Virus record (IMG/VR): IMGVR_UViG_3300044979_000004
Location: 25,200 to 89,199 of that record
DNA length: 64,000 nucleotides
Source of the DNA: a virus
Strand: one strand, 5' to 3'
Below, piece after piece: positions 9,517 to 18,144 of the stretch. The first letter of the stretch is position 1, and each line of letters starts with the position of its first letter. Both the position numbers and the translations under genes were made by a program. The notes under the pieces are model-generated. The model searched no databases, was not told the origin of the DNA, and saw nothing but the letters and a program-made list of their open reading frames with translations.

Positions 9517-9835
9517 AGACCCGGATTACTTCAAAAGATACTACCGACTTAACAAAGACAAGAGACAGGCTAATGATCGCTTCAGACGTTATGGAATCAC
9601 TCAGGAACAATATGATGAACTGCTAAAAAATCAGGATTACAAATGTAGAATTTGCAAAATCGATAAAGCAGACAATAGAGGCGGTAGCTGGCACACAGAC
9701 CATGACCATAAAACAGGAATTGTTCGATCACTTTTGTGTTCTTGCTGTAACAGTATGTTGGGCCACGCAAAAGATGATCCAGAGATTCTGAAACAAGCAG
9801 CAACATACCTTGAATTGCAGTATGTTGCTTATTAA
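9506..9835 (+). CDS. endonuclease VII-like homing nuclease
   Basis: YGIT..Y..LL..Q..KCRIC, HTDHDHKTG.VR.LLC..CN..LG; likely start is ATG 9506. Confidence 0.85.
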   Translation: MPSKDPDYFKRYYRLNKDKRQANDRFRRYGITQEQYDELLKNQDYKCRICKIDKADNRGGSWHTDHDHKTGIVRSLLCSCCNSMLGHAKDDPEILKQAATYLELQYVAY

Positions 9836-9858
9836 GGCTAGAGGAGAGCCTAAGACTA

Positions 9859-10488
9859 ATGGGTAATTTGAATGACATCGTAGGCAAGACAGATGCGCCT
9901 ACTCAGACTGCTGAAACACCATCAACCAAGACCAAGATTTCGAAGGAAGTTGAAGCACTAGAACTTGAGAACCTTAGACTGGATGCAGAGACTAAGAAAT
10001 TAGCTCTTGAAGCAGCACAGCTTGAAATTCGTGCTAAGAAGGCGCAGATTCAGGATTTGGAAGAAAGCCTAGCAGAGCGTGAACTGAAACGTGAGAATAA
10101 GCGCCAGCGCAGCCTTACAAACGGGGAAACCCTTAAGAGCCTTGACCGTGATGACAAAGCAGCGCAGAAGCGTTGTAACCACAAGAAAGGCGGAAACGGT
10201 ATTGTCGGAGTTAAGGGCGGACGAGGCGATGCTCCACAGCACGCCATCCTTCTACACACCTTTGCAAACGGTGATACGTGGGTTCGTTGCCTACGCTGCG
10301 GTAAGACGTGGAAGCCACCTGTAGAACGCGCTTACAAGTCACGCGAAGACTATCTTACTGCCTACGCAGAGTATCAGGCAGCATTGAATTTCCAGACCAA
10401 CAACTCACCATCCAGTTCGTACATGTTCAAGTATTCTGACAACGGAGAGTACTACCGTCAGGTCACAGAACACACCACGCTCCGCTGA
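9859..10488 (+). CDS. hypothetical coiled-coil protein with a Zn-ribbon-like motif
   Basis: GAGGAG RBS; CNH...CLRC. Confidence 0.6.
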   Translation: MGNLNDIVGKTDAPTQTAETPSTKTKISKEVEALELENLRLDAETKKLALEAAQLEIRAKKAQIQDLEESLAERELKRENKRQRSLTNGETLKSLDRDDKAAQKRCNHKKGGNGIVGVKGGRGDAPQHAILLHTFANGDTWVRCLRCGKTWKPPVERAYKSREDYLTAYAEYQAALNFQTNNSPSSSYMFKYSDNGEYYRQVTEHTTLR

Positions 10489-10995
10489 GTGCCTATGAAG
10501 ATATGCTCTGAATGTAGTGAAAAACAACTAGCCAAAGGCTTGTGTAGAAGGCACTATTACGCTGCAAAGCGTGCTAGTGCCAGCCCACACGACATCGAGG
10601 TTTACAAAAACAAACCACTCGCTAGGGCTGCTCAAAAGTGGGCCAATCAGACGGACGAGGAACGAATCGCGTACTCTGCAAAGTATAAAGAGGGTATCCG
10701 TAAGCGCAGGGAAAAATTATTTGATTACGTTCCTAACAAGTGTGCTTTATCAAAGTTGTCCAAGTGTACAATAAGCAACAAAGCTCTACATCGTGACCAT
10801 GATCATACATGCCCATGCGGAAGACCTAGAGGCTGTAATGATTGTTTCCGTGGCTTACTGTGCAATTATCACAACGCAGTAGTTCTGCCGGTCTTGGAGT
10901 CTTTAGAACTTGAATATATTCCTGAACTGGTCAAAGCATATTTAAAAGGCAGGCCACTTAAACAAGCTGACTTTTCTTTGCCAACAGTGGGATAA
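10489..10995 (+). CDS. endonuclease VII-like nuclease
   Basis: AKGLCRRHY Zn module; HRDHDH...RGLLCNYHN. Confidence 0.75.
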   Translation: MPMKICSECSEKQLAKGLCRRHYYAAKRASASPHDIEVYKNKPLARAAQKWANQTDEERIAYSAKYKEGIRKRREKLFDYVPNKCALSKLSKCTISNKALHRDHDHTCPCGRPRGCNDCFRGLLCNYHNAVVLPVLESLELEYIPELVKAYLKGRPLKQADFSLPTVG

Positions 10996-11005
10996 GAGGA
11001 ATTTT

Positions 11006-11242
11006 ATGGCACCAGGAGCAAGCGTAACTATCCCATTTACTACCAGTGCGCCAGGGCCTTTCACCTTGGCGCACAATTTGGGCTATATACCTTCAACGGT
11101 AATTTTTGAGATGACCAACTCCAATGCCGGAACCGTTTGGTTTCAAAGTCAGAGATATGATTCAGAGAATCTTTATCTAGAAGCGTCTGATGCTGGTGTT
11201 AGTGGATACGCCATTGTTTACGGCAGTTGCAGCGGTTGTTAG
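11006..11242 (+). CDS. small virion protein, paralog of the N-terminus of the next gene
   Basis: FTTSAPG.FTL.HNLG.IP...WFQ..RYD.ENLYL.ASDAGV.G is shared with 11256..12605. Confidence 0.7.
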   Translation: MAPGASVTIPFTTSAPGPFTLAHNLGYIPSTVIFEMTNSNAGTVWFQSQRYDSENLYLEASDAGVSGYAIVYGSCSGC

Positions 11243-11255
11243 GAGAGCATAGATA

Positions 11256-12605
11256 ATGCCAGCACAGACCCAAGTAGCCTTCACCACTTCCGCCCCCGGT
11301 AACTTTACCCTACCACACAATCTAGGAGTCATACCAGGATCGGTAATTTTTGAGTTCACATCTGGTGGAGTTGTATGGTTTCAAAATACCCGCTATGATG
11401 CGGAAAATCTATATCTAGTAGCATCTGATGCTGGCGTGACTGGGTTCGCAATTGTGTTCGCAAGTACAACACCGTCTTGCAACATGCAGAACCTAAACTC
11501 CACTATTAGATTACAAGAAGTGGTAGACGATGCTTCAACACTCGGAGATGTGGCTCCAGCCTTGGCAACAGGCGGCGCAAGCATGGCACCGGCCCTAAGT
11601 ATTGCTAATGATGTGATGCAAGCACTTATCAACGGCGGTCCAGCGGGACAACCGTTCAATTGGAAGTGGAATCGATATAATCTTCCGCCATTCGCCACGA
11701 TAAGTTTGCAACAAGACTATTTCATCCCTAACCTAGTCAATCTTGGATGGATTGAAAGTGCGTGGGCAGTGAATATCAATCAGACATCAATTCCTAAGCA
11801 GAAGACCTTTCTAGAGGTTCGCAAGGATTTAGAAGTCTCATATGACCAGACCACGTACCCAGGAAAGGTTTGCTGGCTTCCCAACAAGATGCTAACAGTT
11901 GGCACATGGGGACAAGCTCCACTAGGGCCTCAACCCGGTTACCCAAGCGGTCAGACGACCGTTGCTGGACCTGGATTGACGGGACAACAGAACCCCGGCC
12001 CAGGCGTGATTTACACCAACCCAATCGGAACACTGATTACTCCGATGAATGCAACTACGGCTATTGCTGATCCCTATGGTAATCTATGGTGCCTGACAAC
12101 ATTTGGTCAGTGTGGCGATACCGAACCGACATGGCCCACTAACCCAACGTTCCCAACCCTTCGCAACCCGAACATTCTGCCGACAACGGTAGTTGACGGG
12201 TCATGCGTGTGGACAGCTATTAACCCGAACGGACAAGGTATAAGACTCGATCCAATTCCTCCTCAAACAGGGGTTGTTTGGATGATTCAGATTGTTGGGC
12301 AGATGAGGGCACCAAGGTTCTTTAACCTTAGTCAGTATATCAATCCGATTCCAGACGATTTTGAATGGGCCTTCAAACAGGGCTTCTTTGCTCAGTGTTA
12401 TCGAAGAAATCCGGACCCTAGAGTACGTGCTAAGTTCCAACAAGAACAGCAACTCTGGTTGGATGCTCTTGATAAGGCTGTCAAGCAAGTTGACCGTGAG
12501 ATGGACGATTTCGGATTCTACCCTACCTCCATGATCCTCGACACAGGTTGGGGCGTGAACCCGATTAATCCCGCGCAACCCTTCGGTCCCTGGACCGGAT
12601 GGTAA
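11256..12605 (+). CDS. probable head-tail adaptor / tail protein
   Basis: Position; PFNWKWNR segment paralogous to PFAWRWNR in 13399..14319; DGSCVWT module. Confidence 0.55.
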   Translation: MPAQTQVAFTTSAPGNFTLPHNLGVIPGSVIFEFTSGGVVWFQNTRYDAENLYLVASDAGVTGFAIVFASTTPSCNMQNLNSTIRLQEVVDDASTLGDVAPALATGGASMAPALSIANDVMQALINGGPAGQPFNWKWNRYNLPPFATISLQQDYFIPNLVNLGWIESAWAVNINQTSIPKQKTFLEVRKDLEVSYDQTTYPGKVCWLPNKMLTVGTWGQAPLGPQPGYPSGQTTVAGPGLTGQQNPGPGVIYTNPIGTLITPMNATTAIADPYGNLWCLTTFGQCGDTEPTWPTNPTFPTLRNPNILPTTVVDGSCVWTAINPNGQGIRLDPIPPQTGVVWMIQIVGQMRAPRFFNLSQYINPIPDDFEWAFKQGFFAQCYRRNPDPRVRAKFQQEQQLWLDALDKAVKQVDREMDDFGFYPTSMILDTGWGVNPINPAQPFGPWTGW

Positions 12606-12651
12606 TGATTCTAAATGACTTATTGTAATCCGGTATCTAGATAGAAAATGT

Positions 12652-12680
12652 TTGACAAATGTCTAGTGCCGTGTTATAAT
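12652..12680 (+). promoter_or_regulatory. consensus sigma70 promoter, probably giving a leaderless nuclease mRNA
   Basis: TTGACA-17-TATAAT with ATG 6 nt downstream (12687). Confidence 0.75.
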
Positions 12681-12686
12681 AGGTGT

Positions 12687-13322
12687 ATGAATGATAAAAG
12701 ACATACTCATTGTAAGCAAGGACACGAGCTTACTGATGAAAATACTTACCAAGTCTACAATAAGAACGGGACCAAGAATGGAAGACGGTGCCGACTTTGC
12801 ACTAAAACACCTGCCGCTTTAGCATATAAGAATGCCAAAGCTAAAGAGTATTACGCAAACGATCCTGAGAAATTCAAAGCCGTTCAGAGGGATTATCGGT
12901 CTAGAACATACGTTCCAAAAGTAAAGCTGCCTAAGACGCATTGCAAACGGGGCCATGAATGGATACATGAAAATATCTACACATGGACTACCAAACAGAA
13001 CCACGTTTTAACGTGTTGTAAACTCTGCGCTAAAGAGAAATACTCTAGAAGAGCACTTCAAGTTAGAGAAAACCACTTGCAAAGAGCGTTTGGTCTAACG
13101 TTGCAACAATTTGGAACCATGCTAGAGGAGCAAGGTGGGACTTGTTATCTTTGTAAGACTACTGTACCGGGCGGCAACGGTGATTTTCACGTTGACCATT
13201 GTCACAAGTCAGGTAAAATAAGGAAACTACTTTGTATGGAGTGCAACCGGGCGTTAGGAGCGGTAAAGGACGATCCAGTTCTTCTCAGGCGAATGGCTGA
13301 CTACCTAGAACAGCATCAGTAA
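12687..13322 (+). CDS. endonuclease VII-like homing nuclease with two THCK.GHE Zn modules
   Basis: HVDHCHKSGKIRKLLCMECNRALG. Confidence 0.85.
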   Translation: MNDKRHTHCKQGHELTDENTYQVYNKNGTKNGRRCRLCTKTPAALAYKNAKAKEYYANDPEKFKAVQRDYRSRTYVPKVKLPKTHCKRGHEWIHENIYTWTTKQNHVLTCCKLCAKEKYSRRALQVRENHLQRAFGLTLQQFGTMLEEQGGTCYLCKTTVPGGNGDFHVDHCHKSGKIRKLLCMECNRALGAVKDDPVLLRRMADYLEQHQ

Positions 13323-13340
13323 AAACACAAACACCACTTA

Positions 13341-13388
13341 TACCCCTAGATATAGGCGCTAAAGCCGTCTAGGGGTATTTTTCTTTTT
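13341..13388 (+). terminator. intrinsic terminator after the nuclease gene
   Basis: TACCCCTAGA/TCTAGGGGTA stem followed by TTTTTCTTTTT. Confidence 0.65.
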
Positions 13389-13398
13389 GGAGATATAA

Positions 13399-14319
13399 AT
13401 GCCCGCATCAACAATCACAATTGCACAAACGGCGAACTGGGCAAGACGTTTCGTGTTCCTTCGCAACCTACAGCAGGGAAATTTTAACGAGCCTGCCATT
13501 ACGAGCGCCAATACAATTCTACAGACGATTGTGGGTGCGCCTTTTGCGTGGCGTTGGAACCGAGCGGTCATCGGATTCGTCACAGTCCCAGGACAACAGG
13601 ACTATACTATCTTCAATTGGCAACCCGATGAAGACCTAAGTTTAGGATATGTGTTGGTGGACAGCAATGGATACTCTCAGCAGGTTACAACTCCTGGTGA
13701 AACTGGGTCTACGATTCCCACATTCAATCCAACAGTGGGACAGACTACTTCTGATGGATCAGTTGTGTGGACCAATATGGGATCGATTGGGGTTGGTAAT
13801 ACATCGACTGAGTACAACTTCGACTGGATCGAAACAGCATCGGTACAAGAGACTACCAATCAGTGTACTAAGTCGTGGAAAGAAATATCAGTAAAACTGA
13901 ATCTTGCTCTTGAGTCAGCGCAAAGTCGCCCGCACGATGTATCGGCGCAGTATCAGGATGCTAACGGAAATATCACGTTCCGTTTAATGCCTACTCCAGA
14001 CAAAGCGTACCCGGTGGTGCTATCGATTCAGCAGAAACCTCCGGTCATTAACAGCATGGGAGACACTTGGGGACCGATTCCTGATGAATACAGTCGTCTT
14101 TACAATTGGGGGTTTCTAGCCCTAGCGTATCTGTATGCTGATGATGCGAGATTCACTGCCGCTAACCAGAAGTTTATAGCGGCCCTTCTAAGCACATCTC
14201 AAGGTCTATCACAGACTGAGCGCAATATTTGGCTCAACAACTGGCAGGCCCTTACCGGCGTGCCTCTTGAGAATGCTAGCAAGGTTCAACAAGGATTCAC
14301 TGGACGGAGTAACCTATAA
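13399..14319 (+). CDS. probable tail adaptor protein, paralog of 11256..12605
   Basis: Shared WRWNR, QQDY, WIE.A and IPDE/D segments. Confidence 0.55.
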   Translation: MPASTITIAQTANWARRFVFLRNLQQGNFNEPAITSANTILQTIVGAPFAWRWNRAVIGFVTVPGQQDYTIFNWQPDEDLSLGYVLVDSNGYSQQVTTPGETGSTIPTFNPTVGQTTSDGSVVWTNMGSIGVGNTSTEYNFDWIETASVQETTNQCTKSWKEISVKLNLALESAQSRPHDVSAQYQDANGNITFRLMPTPDKAYPVVLSIQQKPPVINSMGDTWGPIPDEYSRLYNWGFLALAYLYADDARFTAANQKFIAALLSTSQGLSQTERNIWLNNWQALTGVPLENASKVQQGFTGRSNL

Positions 14320-14603
14320 TGCCATCAAAAGTAGCCCTACCAATCAACACCTTTCAGCTAGCTAACGGCGCTCCAGTGGCGAACGGAAACCTTCTAATCA
14401 GGTTGAGCCAGCCGGGATCGGTTGATGATGCGCAAATCAACGCTAACTTCACCAGCATATCCCTTAACTCTAGCGGGCAGATTGAGGGTAGTCCTACGTT
14501 TTGGCCGAATGCTGATATTCTTCCGGCTGGAACCTACTACATTTTGTTGGTATTTTCATCATCAGGACAGAGAGTGGCCGGTGCTAACAAGTTAACGGTA
14601 TAG
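14319..14603 (+). CDS. small fibre-anchor-like protein, paralog of 17797..18132
   Basis: FQ...G..VANG.L..RL.Q, FWPN..I.P..TYY..., SGQ shared between the two. Confidence 0.6.
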   Translation: MPSKVALPINTFQLANGAPVANGNLLIRLSQPGSVDDAQINANFTSISLNSSGQIEGSPTFWPNADILPAGTYYILLVFSSSGQRVAGANKLTV

Positions 14604-14611
14604 GAGAGACG

Positions 14612-17509
14612 ATGAACATTTTTAAGAAGCTATTAGGACTGGCCGTTATTGCGCTAGCAGTTGTAACTCCTAACTACGCGCAACAGTATCAGTCACAAAC
14701 CGCTCCAATTTACGCGACGAACGCCAAGTACGCCAATGGAGTATCACCTGGATTTGCTCTGACAGCGGGAACAGGGTTGAACATTTTGGTAGGACAGGGT
14801 ACGAGTTTTTGCAATACGGTGATTCAGGAAAGAACTACTACTGCCGCTGACACGCCTTTGGCACTTACTGCCAGTACGACAAATTATGTCTACCTTGATA
14901 CCACAGCTAATTGCGCTCCTGCGGTGAGCACTTCTGTATTTACAGCGACACAAATCCCATTGGCGAGAGTTGTAACAGGTACATCGTCTATTACCTCAAT
15001 TGATGACGTGCGCGGGTACTTCTTTAACTCAGCAGGCACCCCTGGAGATGGAACGGTTACCAACTTGGTTGTTGGAAATCTGTCACCACTATTCACGTCA
15101 GGAGTGACTAATCCGACCAGCACGCCAAGCGTATCGTATACACTATCTACAACGGCCAATGACACTGTATTCGCTAACTTTAGCGGATCAACAGGTGCCC
15201 CTTCATGGTGGACACTGGCAGCGGGAGCAAACATCACGTTTACCCCTTCTGGTAGCACGCTAATCATTGCAGCGACAGGCGGTGGAGGCGGAAGTCTCAC
15301 TCTTGAGCACAATGGCGTGGCACTTACGGACCAATCACTTCTTAATTTCAGTGACACTACTCCTTCGGCACCGGCTGGCAATGAGAATGTGACGTTTCAA
15401 TCGAACTCAGGTGGTGCGCTGTCCGGATACATTCCGACCACAGCCTCGCAACTTCAATTTACCCCTACCCCGCCAATATCAGGACAGTACGTGGTTGTGT
15501 ATGCCACAGCGGTAACCCCAATCGCAGGAGGTCTTGGACCGGGTTGCGGCATGACTTCAGTGCCAACAGGGTCCACTTTTTCTACCATAAATTCGCTTAT
15601 AGCCGGAAACAACTCTTGCGGCAACGGTCTAACCTCTAACCAATGGGGAGCACTTTGGAGCAACTACACACTGCCTTCATATGTGGTGCCTGCCAATGTA
15701 ACGGCAATTTACGCGTTTGCGGTTAACAGTTTCGGACCCTGGTATCCTGGTACTTCAACTGTCGCGGTGACTTGTACGCCAGTTGGATCAGGTGCAGTTA
15801 ATTTGTACACTGCCAGTCAAGCGTACAATCTAACTCAGTTTACACAGCTTCTTTCAACTGCAACGGGAAGCAATATTGGGTCCACGACTTGTACGGGATA
15901 TGTGAACTATTCAAACCCTCCGCCATCAGGCGCGGTTACTACTTTGAACATGCCGAGCATTGGCTTGATTGTCTATTACACAGGTTCGGCTCCGCCCGCT
16001 ACGAACACTATCAATGTTGGTTCACCATTGTTCTACAATGCTGCGGATAACACTCTTGGAATCGACCCTAACGCGGAATTCCCTGCAAGCAGACTAGTAG
16101 GTGTGACAGTAAGTACACTACCTGCTGCTGCGGTAACCGTTGGAACTGTGACTCTGATCAAGGACGGAACTACATCCACTGATTGTACAACAGGTGGAGG
16201 TTCTAACCCTGTAGTTTGTTACTCTAACGGAACTGCCTACTCAGCATATGGAGGAGGCGGTGGAAGCGGAATCACAGCTTTAACTGGAGACGTAACGGCT
16301 ACGGGACCGGGTTCTGTTGCAGCTACAGTTGTGGACATCCCTCCTCACGTAGCACTAACCGGAACACCATCACCAGGGCAAGTTCCAACAGCAACAGGAG
16401 GCACTTCTGCCACATGGCAGACTCCTTCGGCTGCATCGAACAGTCCTCAGACAGTTCTTTTACCTAACGATACCACTACGGGAACAACTGTCGGACTAAT
16501 GGCTTGCTGGAATACGTCAGCCATTCACCAACAGGAAGTTGTAAATTGTCCTGCTGGTACAGCTTCAAATGGCACGGACAATAACCCTCCTATTGTCGGT
16601 GTGTGTGTAGCCGGTTGCGGAACAAGCGGACTAGCAACTATCCAATTTGCCGGTCAGGTAAGTTGGAACTGCGACATGCAACTTGTGACTCCAACTGTCG
16701 GCAACGGCTATTGGGTTCAGGTGTCGGCAACTACTGCTGGTGAATGTACGCAACCAACAGGGTCATTTGCACCATCACCAAATGAGAACCCTGAAGGTAA
16801 CACAGTACTAGGACGTGTACTAGCTCTCAACTCCGGAGTGGGAACGGCTGGAACAATTGAATTGCTGCCGTTCGGCTCATACGGACTTGGTAACGGTACG
16901 GGACCAGCAGTAACTAATTTTGCGTTGCTGTTCAACGGTTCACCTTTTGGGGCAATGTCGTATTCGGGTCAGGAACCATCTACATTCACCGTTCCATATG
17001 CAATCGCCACAAACGGCTTGTTTATACACCAACCAGGCTCCAACGCGGGTGCGGTGATTGGCAACGCCGGATTGGGAGTAAGCGGAACGGACATCTCTTT
17101 TGATATGTTTGTTCACGGTTCTGGAAGTCCGCCTCAATCGATGTTCCGATTCGATGGCTCTCAGTATCAACCGCCATCGGCTTGCGGCTCTGGAGGGTTC
17201 GCGGCTTGCAGTTCAGCTACCGGAACTATCACACTTGGCGGACACAACGGAAACTTCGATCCTGGCAACAGTACAGGAGTCTTTATCATCAAGCTAGCAG
17301 GAAATGCCACAACGTTTACTCCGGTAACGGATGACAACCCTGGTCATATTCTGACGTTTGAATTTGAAGCTCCTGCCAGCGGAGGACCGTTTACTTGGGC
17401 ATGGCCAAGTGGCTTTGTGAACGCACCAACTATATCACTTTCATCAGGGGCAAATGCAATTGTAGCTCAGTTCCTATTCGATGGCACTAACTATAATTAC
17501 ATCCCATAG
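14612..17509 (+). CDS. tail fibre / adhesin-like protein with an N-terminal signal peptide
   Basis: 965 aa, Gly/Thr/Ser-rich; MNIFKK-LLGLAVIALAVV-TPNYA/QQ; located in the tail module. Confidence 0.65.
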   Translation: MNIFKKLLGLAVIALAVVTPNYAQQYQSQTAPIYATNAKYANGVSPGFALTAGTGLNILVGQGTSFCNTVIQERTTTAADTPLALTASTTNYVYLDTTANCAPAVSTSVFTATQIPLARVVTGTSSITSIDDVRGYFFNSAGTPGDGTVTNLVVGNLSPLFTSGVTNPTSTPSVSYTLSTTANDTVFANFSGSTGAPSWWTLAAGANITFTPSGSTLIIAATGGGGGSLTLEHNGVALTDQSLLNFSDTTPSAPAGNENVTFQSNSGGALSGYIPTTASQLQFTPTPPISGQYVVVYATAVTPIAGGLGPGCGMTSVPTGSTFSTINSLIAGNNSCGNGLTSNQWGALWSNYTLPSYVVPANVTAIYAFAVNSFGPWYPGTSTVAVTCTPVGSGAVNLYTASQAYNLTQFTQLLSTATGSNIGSTTCTGYVNYSNPPPSGAVTTLNMPSIGLIVYYTGSAPPATNTINVGSPLFYNAADNTLGIDPNAEFPASRLVGVTVSTLPAAAVTVGTVTLIKDGTTSTDCTTGGGSNPVVCYSNGTAYSAYGGGGGSGITALTGDVTATGPGSVAATVVDIPPHVALTGTPSPGQVPTATGGTSATWQTPSAASNSPQTVLLPNDTTTGTTVGLMACWNTSAIHQQEVVNCPAGTASNGTDNNPPIVGVCVAGCGTSGLATIQFAGQVSWNCDMQLVTPTVGNGYWVQVSATTAGECTQPTGSFAPSPNENPEGNTVLGRVLALNSGVGTAGTIELLPFGSYGLGNGTGPAVTNFALLFNGSPFGAMSYSGQEPSTFTVPYAIATNGLFIHQPGSNAGAVIGNAGLGVSGTDISFDMFVHGSGSPPQSMFRFDGSQYQPPSACGSGGFAACSSATGTITLGGHNGNFDPGNSTGVFIIKLAGNATTFTPVTDDNPGHILTFEFEAPASGGPFTWAWPSGFVNAPTISLSSGANAIVAQFLFDGTNYNYIP

Positions 17510-17518
17510 GAGAACGAC

Positions 17519-17794
17519 ATGAAGATAGACTTCATTAGATCAGCATTCAGTGAGCCAGACGGCAACGGATCGTCTTCACGAATATTGATTGCCATTCTTA
17601 TTGCATTTACACTAGGGGTAGGGATCGCATTCTCTACCCTAGTGTTTTCCAAGAGAGTAACAATCGATCAGTTCGAAGGGTACATGTCTTCTGGAGCAAA
17701 CTTTATCATAACTACATGCGGCCCACTGTACGGTATCAACAAAGTGTCGGACGCTTATAAGAACAGACCTGGGCAAAACAACCAAGGACAATAA
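17519..17794 (+). CDS. small membrane protein (holin-like)
   Basis: SSSR motif followed by a hydrophobic helix and a second weaker hydrophobic segment. Confidence 0.5.
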   Translation: MKIDFIRSAFSEPDGNGSSSRILIAILIAFTLGVGIAFSTLVFSKRVTIDQFEGYMSSGANFIITTCGPLYGINKVSDAYKNRPGQNNQGQ

Positions 17795-17796
17795 GC

Positions 17797-18132
17797 ATGG
17801 CAATAAACCAAATTTCGGGCGGAGCATTTCAAGATTCTGTCGGTAACGTGTTAGCTAACGGCTATCTTGTATTCCGATTAAATCAAGATGCAACCGTGAC
17901 TACCAATCCGCAAATCTGCTCAGACTATGAGGTAACAGTCCCGTTGGATGAGAATGGCAATGTAGTCCTATCGCCTGCTTATTCCTTCTGGCCAAATGAT
18001 CAGCTAACACCAAGCAACACATTTTACACGGTAACAGCTTACTCGGCAAGTGGCCAGTTAGTTTGGGGACCATCTTACAATCGTGTACTCTCATCACCAT
18101 CCCCATTTGATATTGGCGCATGGACGCCTTAA
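17797..18132 (+). CDS. small fibre-anchor-like protein, paralog of 14319..14603
   Basis: Shared motifs as above. Confidence 0.6.
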   Translation: MAINQISGGAFQDSVGNVLANGYLVFRLNQDATVTTNPQICSDYEVTVPLDENGNVVLSPAYSFWPNDQLTPSNTFYTVTAYSASGQLVWGPSYNRVLSSPSPFDIGAWTP

Positions 18133-18144
18133 AGGAGAACTACA

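Noticed and set aside
11006-11480. Diversity-generating retroelement template/variable repeat pair
   Set aside because: Differences are not adenine-specific, both copies are coding, and no reverse transcriptase is present.
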